A DNA stretch of 58,483 nucleotides, filler included, from Sphacelaria rigidula (GCA_964200075.2; 9 parts of 9 records of this genome joined end to end with filler, not necessarily neighbours in it); one strand, 5' to 3'. Shown: positions 13,131-25,872, counted from the whole stretch's first letter. Translations and numbers: made by a program. The notes: generated from the letters alone by a model not told the origin.

Positions 13131-15898
13131 GATGGTATGGTTGATATGCAGCCCGTCAAGTGCGAGGAGGTCGGGTGCAAGTACGGGGCGAGCTTCGGCG
13201 ACACGCAAGAAAAGAAGAAGAGATTTTGCGCCAGGCATAAGCTGCGAGGGATGGTGACCGTGCAGAACTTGGTGGGTTGCGATGTTGGACGGGGGACGGG
13301 GAAGCAGCACCAGTACCTGTAGATATGCGGGTGGTATCTTGCATCTGCGGAAATATAATCGCAGGCGGTTGCTGTTGGTAGCTTCCATATATCCATTCTT
13401 CGAAGCACCCCTATCACGGTTTCGAAGGTTTGCCGCCTCTCGATTACATTGTGCAAGCTAGCACCAGCCGGTTAAACGATGAACAATCTCCGGAGGTTTG
13501 AAACTCGAGGTTTGAGAATGAGCACCCGGAATTTCGACGACAGGAGTACACAGACCATTTGAAGACTCTTCTCTCCTGTTTTGTTGTTGTTGTTGATTGT
13601 TGTTCGAAGTATGAAGGCGGATGTTCAACTGAAAAATTTGGGCAAGTTGCCGTAGAGATCTTTTGGAGAGTGGAACATATAAACGACGGTAAGCAGTCGA
13701 TGCGCTCCTCTACTTGAGATTGTATGTCTTCACCCCCGAACCTCGAGCGATAAATCCAATGTTTACGCTTTCAAGAGCGTAGAAATCCCATATAAGTCCC
13801 CGATCATTCGTTCCGGCTGTAACCTTCGAACGACAGCGACTTGAGTGTTGAAGAATATCGTTGCTATTTCTTTAGTGTCAGCAATGCGCAAACCGGATTA
13901 TGGAACAATCGAGCAAGAGCTCACTTGTTCATTTTTGTGCCAAACCATCCCGCAACGGCCACCAGTAGGCTACCGTCGCCTGTGAAAAATGCCCGGACGG
14001 CGGATCGGGGAGCCCGCCGCATTCTGGGGTGGTTCTGCGTTTATAGGGAACCCAGCATCAATGTGCGGTGCTGTAGTGCTGTTAGTATTAATTGCCCCGG
14101 AGATACACGTTGGTTACTTTCGCCGGAACAAGCCTGTGTTGCCAAAACGCTTACTGCAACACTCTACCCTTCTCCTTCTCCCCGTCGCCGTTCATTCGGC
14201 CGTTTCCCACCCCGGTAGTTAGCAGAGACGATGAGCGTCCCCAGGGAGACGCCCTCTGCAGCTGTCACCAGCGGTAGTGTCGAGTGCGCAGAGAAAATCT
14301 CGAAAAGAATAGGCTCCACTTCTCCCGGTACCTCATCGCTGTTGTTGCCAGATGGTGTCAACCCTGTGGATAAGCCGTCACCGTCAGTGCAGCCGGCGGC
14401 GGTGCGTTTACAGAATCCCGCCCGCACACGTGCAGCGCCGAAAACCCGTGGCACACGCGCGAGCAAGCGAGCCCGTAAGCAGGCGACGACGACGGGAATG
14501 ATTGCCACCACCATTACTGGTAACATGGTGTCACGGCCACCCGCCGTTCCACCAGCAGTGGCATTGGCATCGGCAGTCACACCGGCAGCGGCAGCGTTAA
14601 CCTCCCCCGGCCAGCAGACACAACAGCGCGGCGCTGGGACAGCCACGGGTGGATCCAACGCCGACCCTGGTTCAGGGGAAAGTAAGACTGTCGATCAGCA
14701 ACGTCAATCAAGCGCGATAAGTCATTCCACCGACAACATCGCCGGGTCTGTGCCGCTGCGGGATGATGAGGATCTCGACCCCGGCAGGGGTGTCGCAGCG
14801 CAACAGCGGATGTCGCTGGCAGCATGTCTGAACGGTGACACCGGGGCTCCCGCCGCGGCGACGGCCCGTATTGCGACGGCGGCCTCTTTTACAACTTTCG
14901 CAGCAGCGGGGATTGTGGTTCCCGATGTCGACGATCCAATACCCGCCCTAGTGACTGCTGTGAACCCACACGAGCATAATCAGCAAAGTGGGATGCCTTT
15001 CCAATCATCACGGCCTATTTCCATCGTTACCGCCGCGACGGCTACCTCTAATGCTTGCCGGGGAGCGGGTGTGAGCGAGATCCCCGTATCCACCTCCCCG
15101 GATCTGCGAGCTGCTGGGATCTTTTCCATATCCAGAGGTCGCGGTGGCGGCAGCAGCGAGGACGGCGTCGGTAGCGGCGGCGATGGGGGTGGTGGCGGTG
15201 GTGGTGACGGTCTCCCCAACCTTTTTGCTCCGCTCCAGAGCACTACCCTTGATCCTGGTGATGTAAGCGGGGAATCCGACGGTAAAATAGACCCCGGCTC
15301 TCAAGTTATGGAGGACAACGACGACGTCATGCCGTTCCAATTGCCGCAAGTAGGGGGATGCGGTACACGCTTGCCGGCGGCGGCGGCGGCGGTGAGCGGG
15401 GGGGCGAAGGTGGTGCACCACAAGGCTGCCGGGTTCGGGGGCGTTTATGCGCCAAGCGGCGCCGTTGGCGGCGTCCGCGAAGCTGTTCGCGAAGTTGGTC
15501 TCGGAGCCGCTGCCGCTGCGCGATATGTCTCTGCTGTGACAAATTTCATTGCCGCGAAAGGTCCGTTAGGTTTGTCGGGACCGTCGTGCTCCCAACTCAC
15601 CCGGGATACGGCGCTAGCTCTGGCGGGGACGGCACCGTGGGACGGAGATTCTGGTTCGAGTGCCGTTTCGTCGGCGTGTGATGGTGGTGACGGCTGCGGT
15701 ACGGGGAGTGGGGAGGCTGAGTGCTGGGATGAGGGAGGAGGGGGGAAAAAGAACCTGTCCAGGCACGGGGAGGAGTCGTTTTTGTCCAGTCTTTTGGGAA
15801 CGATAGATTCCGCGGATCCTAAGATGAAGCGCGTAAGGCTGGCCATGATGGCGCGTCTCAAGAATATTACCGCGGGTTGTAGTTCTCAAGACGAGTAG
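13131..15898 (+). CDS. EsV-1-7 cysteine-rich repeat protein, last two exons
   Basis: Exon 13131-13271 (cag/..gt, phase 0) encodes GMVDMQPVKCEEVGCKYGASFGDTQEKKKRFCARHKLRGMV, matching the EsV-1-7 pattern C-x4-C-x3-A-x-FG-x8-FC-x2-HK-x2-GMV. It splices in frame to terminal exon 14219-15898 (long low-complexity region, TAG stop). Confidence 0.85.
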
Positions 15899-17953
15899 GT
15901 GTTAGCTAACGCGAGTTTTCTTCTTGTGGTGGTAACGCTACACAACGTGCATCTTGATAGTTTCGGCGAACGATCGTAATCTTTTCTTGTTCGGCAAGTG
16001 GTGTCATTTCATCTCGCCTTGGTGTGTCTCTGCTGCTGGTATCGCTAGTGTTGGTTTTTGTCGACTGGTTTGGGTGCTCATGCCTTGGGTTTGTCTTCGC
16101 GTTCTGCGCATTTTGTTCAGTTTTGTTGCTCTGTGTGGTTGTCTTAGTTTGGCGTTATTGAGAGGATGTGGAATATCTGCCCATGCGTGTGGCGGTTCTT
16201 GTATCCTTGTGAAACAAGCTGGTGATGGATCATGGGGGCAAACGTACTTCGGTTGAAATATTTTGCTTGGTTTGGCCACTTTTTTTAGTTTTCGGTTTTT
16301 ACGAGCGCTCGCTCTCGAAGCGTATTACTTATTTATCGTATTTTTGCGGCCGTCTCTGGTGGGGGCTACCGCACGTGAACCTTGGTCAACGGGGTCCCAG
16401 CTTTGGCTTGAAACAAACGCTATACTTCGGTCCAGTAGCGAGCCCGGCGTCCCTGCTGCAATAATAGCAACAGGTTTTCAGTCGGGGTGTTCCGAACTCA
16501 CAGCCGAATCATCGGGCCAGTCTTTACACGTTTTTAGTGGCAGCGAGGGCCTCGCCGCTGTATATTTATACTTTGCAACTGTATATAGCGATGGAGGAGA
16601 GGGGGGAATGTTCGGAATGGCCCGTTAGAATCGAGATTATTTATGTATGTTGGTTGGTGACCTGTTTTGCGGGAAGGTGTACTGTAGGCAAAGCGTGTTT
16701 TATAGTGAGAGAAGGAAAATCGGGTGAACGTTTGTATCTCAGTCAATGAGTGGTTGTGACAGTCAAACGATGCCGCACGGCTGGCGCCGTACCCTCACGA
16801 CTTCTTCTGCGAAGAGAACTTCGAAAGGGGTACTGTACACACACCGTGAACGGACACTGGTATACTAGCGAGATCGGATTCACTGAGAAAGTCCCACCAG
16901 AGCAGGTGATTACGAAGTATTGCTCCCCCTGAGGTATGCCTCTCCCTTGCCGGAATCGCTGTGAACAGGACATAGCTTGTTGGCAGCCGGTCCAGTCTAG
17001 TACACACGAACGAAGGCGTTTGGTCTGATCGAAACAAGCAAGCGATCCACCGCAAACCACGCATTGGGAAACACGCATTGTGATGAGAAAGCCCGCACGA
17101 AATCCCATCAGCTGGTCCACCATTTGATTGCAACGTCGGCGTTCTTATCAACTTGCACAACACCACTGCGGTGCTGGCATCTGTGTGTGCTTCAACAGAG
17201 GGTCCCATGAGGGTTGCCAAAGAAATCTCCTACTAACGCATTGCATAATAAATGTACGGGACTCGGTGGCTGCTACATCACTACCACACACTCGATGGAG
17301 CTCGGCATCAAATGCCTGTCCAACAAAAACACAGCAACGCTTCGTTGACGGGACGAAGAAAAATATATATAATAAAACAATATGACGTGTAGTCCTTTTT
17401 TTCACAAAATCACCATAAAAAAAAAAAGTCAAGTGCGTTTACATACCTGCGAGCACGCCGCGGAAGCTCCACGAATTTACAAGTCTCTTCGATCGTGAAG
17501 ACAACGGAAGAGGGGGAAAACACCCACTGTGGCTAGGTGCTGACAAGTATTTATTTACAACCCAAAACTTCGAAACTTCAGTGCGCGACTTTTTTTGCAC
17601 CCTACGGATTGCGGGTCTAGGATATCACTCTGGCTTCCATTTTGCACTCCCCGTCGTTACATTTCTGCTCCTTAGGATTGGGGTGAGGAAATACAACGTT
17701 TTCAACATTTCTTCCAACTGCCTTGTGGCAAAACAAACGGGCGTTTTTTTTCCTTTACATATGCAAAAATCAGCGCTACTCTATGCAACATCGCCCCGCC
17801 CCGACCCCGAGTACCCCTTAACGGTCCTTCGAGGGTTAAAACGAGCCAGCATCCGAGTCACCGTCTCTCAGGAGTGGAAGATAAAGTCAAAGCTGTATAT
17901 TTTTCCGACGATAATGTCTGCAACATCCAACCCGATCTCCATCCCTTCAGTCA

Positions 17954-18280
17954 TCACTCAGGAACAACCCCCGCAACTCCCACCCAGTCCATACTGCCCG
18001 AGCTCGACGGCGATATCAGCTTATCCGAGGGAACCACTGCCGCAGCGCTACTGCTACCGCTGCTGCTGTACGCGTCCCCCTCCTCCTTTCCAGGATCGCC
18101 GCCGATTTGCAGGAAGAGGGAGGTTAAAAGGTACGCGCCTCGTGTCTCCGGCGATGCCAGTAGCGCGAGGATGACAATCTTTGCCGCGTAAAAGTGAGGG
18201 ACCCATCCCAGCAAAGGGTCGAGTATGAGCAAAAAGGCGTACATCGGCCAGTAAGAGAGCCACTGTACCGCAGCTGGACC
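17954..18280 (-). CDS. TB2/DP1/HVA22 (REEP/Yop1) family protein, terminal exon
   Basis: Acceptor cgcag at 18281, then GPAAVQWLSYWPMYAFLLILDPLLGWVPHFYAAKIVILALLASPETRGAYLL. QWLxYW, W-x-P-x-[FY]Y-x2-K and P-x-T-x-GA are family hallmarks. Convergent with the EsV-1-7 gene. Confidence 0.8.
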   Translation of the reverse strand, partial: GPAAVQWLSYWPMYAFLLILDPLLGWVPHFYAAKIVILALLASPETRGAYLLTSLFLQIGGDPGKEEGDAYSSSGSSSAAAVVPSDKLISPSSSGSMDWVGVAGVVPE

Positions 18281-18526
18281 CTGCGATCTCGATGGTGATG
18301 CTGCTCCTTCTGCTGCTTGATTCTTTTGCCCGCCGCCTGTTTCGAGTTTTGTAGATTTTGGGGAGGTGCGTTTTGGGTGTGATGCGGTATAATAGGCGTT
18401 TCATGTAAGGCGGTAGTGAGCTCGGAAAACAAACGTAGGTCGCGACCATGCTTCTGGTACGACACAAAAGAACAGTGCCCGCTACATGTAAGAAGGCGTG
18501 AAGCGCTCATGCGGCCAACGGCCCAG

Positions 18527-18600
18527 GGGGAGGGGGAGGGGGGGGGCGTACTCATTCATTGCTTGCCTTAGTCGTTTGGCCATTGACCACTCCGAGGGGG
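18527..18600 (-). mobile_element. Truncated LINE 3' end with C-rich tail (dispersed family copy)
   Basis: TTGCTTGCCTTAGTCGTTTGGCCATTGACCAC next to a G-run; near-identical to 52795-52885. Confidence 0.65.
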
Positions 18601-19269
18601 AGACTACACGGATGTTGGATTTTTCTGGTGCTTGGTGGGATGGTTGAGGTGCCGTTTGTGAATCAATGTGTCATGTACATTTCGGTGACATGAGGGATGT
18701 GCAAAAATAAAATAAAATAAAATAAAATAAAATAAAATAAAAACGTCAAGGGTAGGCTTAGCGAGAGTAAGGAGTAGATATGTACTCATACGAGCTGCGC
18801 AGAACAATCGCAACCAGCGTGGAACTGAATTGCACAGCAATGGCCCGACAAATCTTTTAGTGATTCATGTTATTCATCACGAGCACATACGCTCCTCGAC
18901 CACAGGGCAAGATCATGTCAACGTTGATGTGGACTCAGTTTGTGCCGCTCTGACCTTAGCACCTCACAGGCACAAAGGGACACCAAAACATGGGAAAACA
19001 AATGAATAAATAAACACATATAAGCACACGCACGTACGAGGCAGCCCCCCCACCCCCCCCCAGCCCCCTAGTCCACTACTTGAAGGAGTTGAGGGAACTA
19101 AACGAATGTGACACGAAATTAGGGCTGTGGACTGGCAGCTCTGGTCAGCTAAGTTTGAAATGGTCATTGGCGCGGCCAGTGCACCGAGTTTCTCCCGTTA
19201 ATCGTCAAAGCCAACGAGCCGATGAACTCGAAAGGATCGGCGGCGAGTGGCGAAGCCGCGAGCCCCAAC

Positions 19270-19335
19270 GCCGGTGCTCCGTCTCGAAAGGGATGCGTGG
19301 CCCAAACGACTTGAGGCGAACAACAAATGAGCACG

Positions 19336-19366
<31 letters not shown>

Positions 19367-19370
19367 ACCC
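19270..19370 (+). mobile_element. Truncated LINE 3' end with poly(C) tail
   Basis: GGTGCTCCGTCTCGAAAGGGATGCGTGG...CAACAAATGAGCACG followed by about 30 C. Confidence 0.7.
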
Positions 19371-20465
19371 CGACCCACAACAGAAAAAACCAAACACTAT
19401 TGCACAAGAAGAAAAAAAGAAAACAACCANNNNNNNNNNNNNNNNNNNNNNNNNNNNNNNNNNNNNNNNNNNNTTAATTAATTAANNNNNNNNNNNNNNN
19501 NNNNNNNNNNNNNNNNNNNNNNNNNNNNNTGCTAATACTAATGAATTGTGGCCAAGGTCGGGGCCGCCCTTTGTTCTCGGTCATTTCCGTTCAAAGCCTG
19601 CACGTGTGCGAGACCCGCGTGGTGTTGATACCTGCGGCACTGCTGCCACGCGCGTTAGCCGTGGCTTACCACTAGTCGTAGGTATGATTTTGGAAAATAC
19701 CGGATTGGGTCGGTATCGGTGGGGTATGAGATGTCTGTAGACAAAGTACAGCCTTTATGTGTGCCATAGTGCAGGCCATAGTCGTATCCGCTACATCTGT
19801 ATGCACTGCCACTATTGAGCCGTGTGTTATCATTTTTTTTCGACTCGAAAACATGCGGTCGAATCGAATTGGTCACCACGAGGCCGTATCAGATATGCCC
19901 ACGGCATTTATGTTCTCAGATGGCTTCAATTCTATTTTAAAATCAATTGCGCGCGACGGGCGGGGTAAACAACAGGAAAGCTTAACTTTTGTGAGCGGAA
20001 AGAGCGGCGGAATGAACGAAAGGGCATGTAACTCCTATGTTGCAGACAACCGTGCCAGATACTGCCCTTTCACAGAATTACCTAAAACCCAAATGGTTCA
20101 TTCGCAGCTACCTACTCAACCGTGCGGCATAGATCACGAACTGAGCCCAGGGATACATACAGAGTGGGCCAGCTGACAGTGATTGTTTTATGTATTTTGG
20201 CGATGCTGTGTGTAATTCGAAGAGTCAGGCGCTGAAATTTTGACACAACATCTTTATCATCACTACGCACAACATTTCTCGAGGTGCATTGAAAAAAAGA
20301 GAAAAAAAAAGGAAGTTGGAGCGATTTGAAGTTTCTGCAAAAACTAGAAACACGCTATAACTCCGTGAAAAATATGAAATACGGATGCACCACCAGAAAT
20401 GTTGTGCTTAGTGATAACAAGAATGTTTTGTCATGATTTCAGCGCCTAACTCTTCGATTTACCCG

Positions 20466-20712
20466 CAGCATCCACCTTTTCGTGTGGCACGCGGTGGTCA
20501 AACTGGTAGAACCGCCTCTTACTACAGAGGTCACGAGTTCGAATCCCGACACGACCATATTGTTTTTGTTTAATTTCGGCCAAAAATTCCAGAAATTTGG
20601 CGCAGCATCCAACTTTTCGTGTGGCACAGCTACGCTCCTTTTCTCTAATCCAAGTGATGCAGTTGACTCCAGGTATGGAGGTCACGAGTTAGAATCCCGA
20701 CGGATTCCTTTG
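20466..20712 (+). mobile_element. Two tandem degenerate tRNA-derived units (SINE heads or tRNA pseudogenes)
   Basis: GCAGCATCCA(C/A)CTTTTCGTGTGGCAC repeated at 20466 and 20601. A-box-like TGGTCAAACTGGTAGA; B-box-like GAGTTCGAATCC and GAGTTAGAATCC. The acceptor stem does not pair. Confidence 0.55.
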
Positions 20713-21105
20713 TTTGTTCCGTCGGTTAGATGATACATTATCTAGTATATTTTTTTCGTCTTGTTTTTCCTTCATCGGCGGTCCTGTGCGTTACCACGTT
20801 GGTCTGCAGGTCACACCGATATGCTCAAGTCGGGCTGATTTGGTAAACTTGATGTGTTATGGTGTGATGCAAATGCGGGATCTGCTGCTGGCCAAGCTCG
20901 TAGTTGAAATCACAACCTATCAGATCGGAGTTTTCCTTTTCCACCGCACAATGTCGATTGAAATATAATGTGCTACAACAAGACCCAAGCTAAGACACGG
21001 CCTAAGCGCGGCTTTTGTCTAATGATGAAGAAAATTCTGAGTACATCATAGTTGATTCCACCGGTGTGTCTTGAAGCCACAAATTCGGTGGCACAAGGCG
21101 CTCGG

Positions 21106-21289
21106 AATATTGCACACCCTAGACAATACATGGTCAATAAATGCAATAGACGAGAAGTGCACTGCATAAAGAGTAGGCCTATTGCAACTATTGCCGGCTG
21201 ACAATAGTCGCAATAGGCCTACTCTTTATGCAGTACGTTTCGTGTCTATTGCAACTATTGACCATATATTGTCCGAGGTGTGAAATATT
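21106..21289. repeat. Long near-perfect hairpin (about 88-bp arms, 8-nt loop)
   Basis: Left arm ...ACTGCATAAAGAGTAGGCCTATTGCAACTATTG pairs with right arm CAATAGTCGCAATAGGCCTACTCTTTATGCAGT...; loop 21194-21201. Confidence 0.9.
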
Positions 21290-21324
21290 GTGTGGGTTGA
21301 AGCGATGGTTTCGGGATTGCCACT

Positions 21325-21911
21325 TGAGCTTGTACCGATTATGCTAGCAAAGTCGCTTTTTTATGCGAGTAACGTCACCGAAAGCATTGCTCGTAGAGTG
21401 GAAATTATGCTCGATTTATGCCAGCCACGTGGGCATGATCTTCGATTATGCACTTTGTATCCAAAAAGGATGCTACTTTCGACCGGACACGTAGATGTTG
21501 AAAATAAAATAGAATAAAATCATGATCATGAGAATTTTTACTTCAACCAATTTCATCAGTTTTTCAGTGAAAATATGTATACTGGAACAGTTTGTACTGC
21601 TGTACTGCTGTGCTGGTGCTTAAGATTTTAACCATACCATTATAGTGTACGATCGTACAAACCCATTCAAGACCCGGGGTCAATCGCAGCTTTCCGGCCA
21701 AAATATGGGAGGAGGTAAGGATGTAGGCTAGCTTACCAGCCCTCACGATGGAAACTTATGCTCGGTTATGCTAGTAATGTGGATATGGTGCTTTTTATGC
21801 TACTCGGTGAAATCCTGTACCATTTGTGCTTCTCACCCAAATGCTACGCTTTTTATGCCACCGAGGTGGAATTATGCTCGAAATTATGCTAGCATGATCG
21901 GTACAAGCCTA
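21325..21911. mobile_element. MITE-like TIR element
   Basis: Inverted ends GCTTGTACCGATTATGCTAGCA and TGCTAGCATGATCGGTACAAGC; internal TTATGC sub-repeats. Confidence 0.65.
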
Positions 21912-21930
21912 TTGCCACCTCGATGGAGGT

Positions 21931-22239
21931 GGGTCAACCGGAGTTGGGTCAAATTGTATTAATGGTTGGCACACTTTACAACTATCGCTAATCCTAACCC
22001 CAGCCCCAACCCAAGGTAAACGGAGAACCCTCGGGCACGGGAGATGCATAAGGGCAAAGTGAGGCGTTGAGAGACCCTCAAATCGGCGCCCGTGGCTCCG
22101 ATTTGGACGAAAACGCCTTTTGCGCACGCTGGGAGCACACCGGGCTGTCGAGCCCCACTGGAGATCCGATTCTCGTTGTTCATACTCAAATCAAGTAATA
22201 TCAACTATGGGTAGATTGTAGCCCAACTCTGGTCAACCC
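21931..22239. mobile_element. MITE-like TIR element with degenerate CCCTAA motifs
   Basis: Inverted ends GGGTCAACCGGAGTTGGG and CCCAACTCTGGTCAACCC; internal CTAATCCTAACCCCAGCCCCAACCC. Confidence 0.5.
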
Positions 22240-25200
22240 TTGGACAGTAAACGTTGCCTCGGGAACAGTTTCACAGGCTGACAGTCCGGAGACATGCGGG
22301 GGTTTCCAGTGGCCAGGGGGGTGTTTGGTGAGTGGGATCTGTGTCTGTCCGCAGAGCAGCCGGAAAGCTCGCGAAGTAAACTATGTGCGTTTGAAAGTTT
22401 CCAGCGCAGGATTCTTCACCAGGAACAAGGCCTGAGAAGCGCGGAGTGACCATTTTGGCCAATCACGGCTGTCGGGATGGTCACTTTGTTCCCCTACAGG
22501 TGGACTACTTCGCTGTCTAGCCGTATTTCTCATATTGGTCATGGCAATTGAACCATAGATTACATGAGCACAAATTACCTGCTTCTTACTCTGCTCATGG
22601 TCTATGTCGCCTGCCGGACCCCTCATGTGTTGCCAGCATAGCTTCACACTGCCTGTAGTGTTTATTGTGGAACACTAAGCAGAGACATCAGCAGCGCGCA
22701 GTAGACCGTGTTCAGTGGAGATCGATGGCACGCTTACAGTTTCTTGCCGTCATATCCAGCGAAGACATCCAGCACACATACTGATTGCACGCAATGGGCT
22801 GCGGGGTCAAACCTGGTCTGGGGTTATCCGGGAGTATTTTCTATATACTGTAAATGCGAAACATCCACATGGTAATCAAAAAGGCGTTCTGTGTAGCGAG
22901 AAAAGAGGTGTTCTGAACCCCAAATATGGCATAGTCCAACTCAGTCCACCTGCGGGGGAGTCGCTGTCGAAGGATTAACTCTGCTACCTCGATTGACCAG
23001 ATCTGCTCTGTGTTGTTCCTTTTTTTAGTATTAGAGAGGCATTTTTCAACGATAATCCTTCATCACCTGCGGCGTCAATTAGAGCCTGTCATACTCTCAG
23101 GCCTGAAATATGCTGAGACTAGAAAGGTAAACGTCCTTGGATAGGTCTCCACATCACCGGGCGCTACAGACCAGTCACCGCGCATTCGGCAGCCGGGTGA
23201 GAAAGGATGTACATCACTGCTGAAGCGGGAGCGTTTATTGTACGATATGCATCCCGACACGGCAATGTCCGTAAAAGTTGACACTGTGTGTTCCTAGTGG
23301 CAGTACAACAAGTACTGTAGTACTGACTGTACGATGCAAACCACGCCTGGGCAGGGCTAGAATACCCGCGATCCACCCGTGAAAACTTTTCGAAGTGCAA
23401 CTCGCACTCTGTCCTATTCTGAAACCGAGTGAAAACTCCGCTGAAGGGCGATCATCCGCCCGCCGGAAAAAAGATGGATATCTTCACGTGGGAGCATGTC
23501 ACCGAAGGTTATCCGTTTGATCCTGCTTGAAGATAAATACAGCAACTGCCCCTGCCATTTTCAGACCGTCGTGGTGACTGCCACGCTAAGTCTGGGACTC
23601 TGAGGGAGGAGACGTTGCCCCCTGCCCGAAAAGGTCCGCAGTGGTCCTTGGCAGAAGACACTTTTCCCTTTGGCTACGTTGTGAGGCGGCGTCGTGCTTT
23701 ACGCGGCGTGTAAAACCCAACGGCAACTGTCTTGAACATGTGGAGAACCTCCGCTGGTGGTTATTTCCCGTCTTGGTGCCAGCCTCGACTGAAAGAGGGC
23801 AACCGTGAACAAAAATAATGGCAAGATGTACCCCTGCCTCCGCGCAGATTTCATATCATCACCCTCCAGAATTGTCCTCGGACGCGTTCAAGTTTTCGAA
23901 ATCACCGCAGCATTGTGCATAATCATCCTTTCAAGCCATGCAGCGCACAAAACGCCTTGGGTCGCCGAAACTTGTGCGTCAACACCTACCTGCGACTTCA
24001 ACCCACACAGGGTCAACTTCCAGCATCATCACACACCGTCTCCATATAGTTGAAAAGAAACAACACTGTGCTTCGGCGGGTTCTTTCCCCAAAAATGATT
24101 GATCGCTTTACAAAAAATCACTTTTGAAAGAAACGACCGATGATTGGTCGCTGCGGCACCTCCCAAAAAAGCATAAGTAATTTTGTGACACCTCAAACGG
24201 AAACATAAAACCCCCCACAGACAGGCGCATAATCAACGGCTTGGCAGACAACTCAGCACAATCAAGAGTGCACCTGATGATCGCATTGCCATCGCAAACC
24301 AAAAACGCAGCGCTTCATTCAATGCTGCTCATCAGCTGAGCATACTGTGCGTGACCTTGCTTTAATCAGGTCAGAGCTCAGTGAGAAATGATGATTTGGG
24401 TGAGATGCACGCACAGCACACTCACACAAGCAGTCAGCACTGGCCCGTCCTCGGTTGAAATTTCACGCTCACGCGGCCGCTTCCCATCCAATACTGGAAA
24501 GATTTCCGCGAAACAAAGGCTGCCGTGTGTAGATGATCCAAAGCTAGCGCCGGAGCTAATGCGCGTGAGTGGTGGGTGCCTGTGCGCGGGTTTCGGGGCT
24601 CGATATGTTGGCGTTGTGTTGCCTTGTTGCGTCTTGTTTGCAGCGGTACAAATATGTCCGACTAGCGACCACTTCTAAAACCTCCGCATTTCTGAACTTG
24701 TGTGCCGATCTAAGGTCGCATTAGACTAGCGACCAGGAAGAAAGTGCTTGTCGACAAGACTCGACACCGGTCGTTGTCGGGGCAATCATTTTTCAAAAGT
24801 GATATTTCGAAGGGTGATGATAACCACTTTCGATAAGAACCCGCCTTACGGATGACCCGAGCCCGTCAACCTGAACCCGTCATCCCGATCCTGTCAACCC
24901 CGGGACAGTCATCCTATATCCCCTGGTCACGGCTATGGTCATGCTCTTCACTCTGGGCGTTGTCACTCGTCTCCTACCCTAAGCCTTGCCTCTTCAAGGC
25001 TAAAGTAGTTTTATGGGGACGAATCTCGATTCTGTTGGAAAATCCAATCCATGCAAAATCTGAGGGACTCGTATTTGCGAAGGTCAGATCCGTCGGGAGT
25101 CTTTCATGGCCTCACAGATATGTGAAAAAGTGCGGTACACGGACGATTACTTTCTGCATGGGTGTGGTATCGCGTACTAGCGAAGCTAAAGAGCAGACTG

Positions 25201-25782
25201 GCAGTGGATCATGCTCCGAGTACAGTGTCGTATCGTGGTTCCCTAGGGTATAGTACAGCGCAGTACACTCCATTTACCACAGTCGTACACGATAATGCCG
25301 TGTGGTATTACATGATAATGCCGTGTGGTAATACATGATGATACAGTCAGTATTGCGAGAACAGTGAACAGTGTGCGAAGAAAATACCAATGCGGTGCCG
25401 TAAATCACCCTGTAATTACAACGACAAAATAGAGTGGGATAGTACGGTACCGTTCGTTTCGGTGACACAAACGGTAGTGCTCCGTGCAGCATAATATATG
25501 ATCATCGCCGCAGGTTACGGCGTCAACACTTCTCATCCACCCGCCAAACCCCGTACGAAGCTGCTGCAGCAGCTGGCGCGGGCAGGCACGGCCTGTGCTG
25601 TCACGAGATTGTCTGCTGCTACGGTCTCAAAAATATCAGACGCATGTTGTCTCATCACCGTATGTCACTGTGCGTACGCCATCTTCCTACAGACTGGGGG
25701 GACCTCAACTTTCCCCCGATTTGGAGCCCAATCGGGGAAAATCGTTCTCACATCGAGAAATACCGATCTTGGCTTCCCCGAT

Positions 25783-25872
25783 CTGCTCCATCTCGAAAGG
25801 GGTGCGTGGCCAATGGTAAAACGACCAAGGCAAGCAACAACAGAGCCCCCCCCCCCCCCCCCCCCCCCCCCA
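25783..25872 (+). mobile_element. Truncated LINE 3' end with poly(C) tail
   Basis: Translates SAPSRKGCVANGKTTKASNN, then about 25 C; matches the C-terminal peptide at 52818-52910. Confidence 0.7.

Noticed and set aside
19530..25780. Protein-coding gene in contig 4
   Set aside because: Several possible minus-strand exons (for example 22579-22652) exist, but I could not build a phase-consistent model with a recognisable product.
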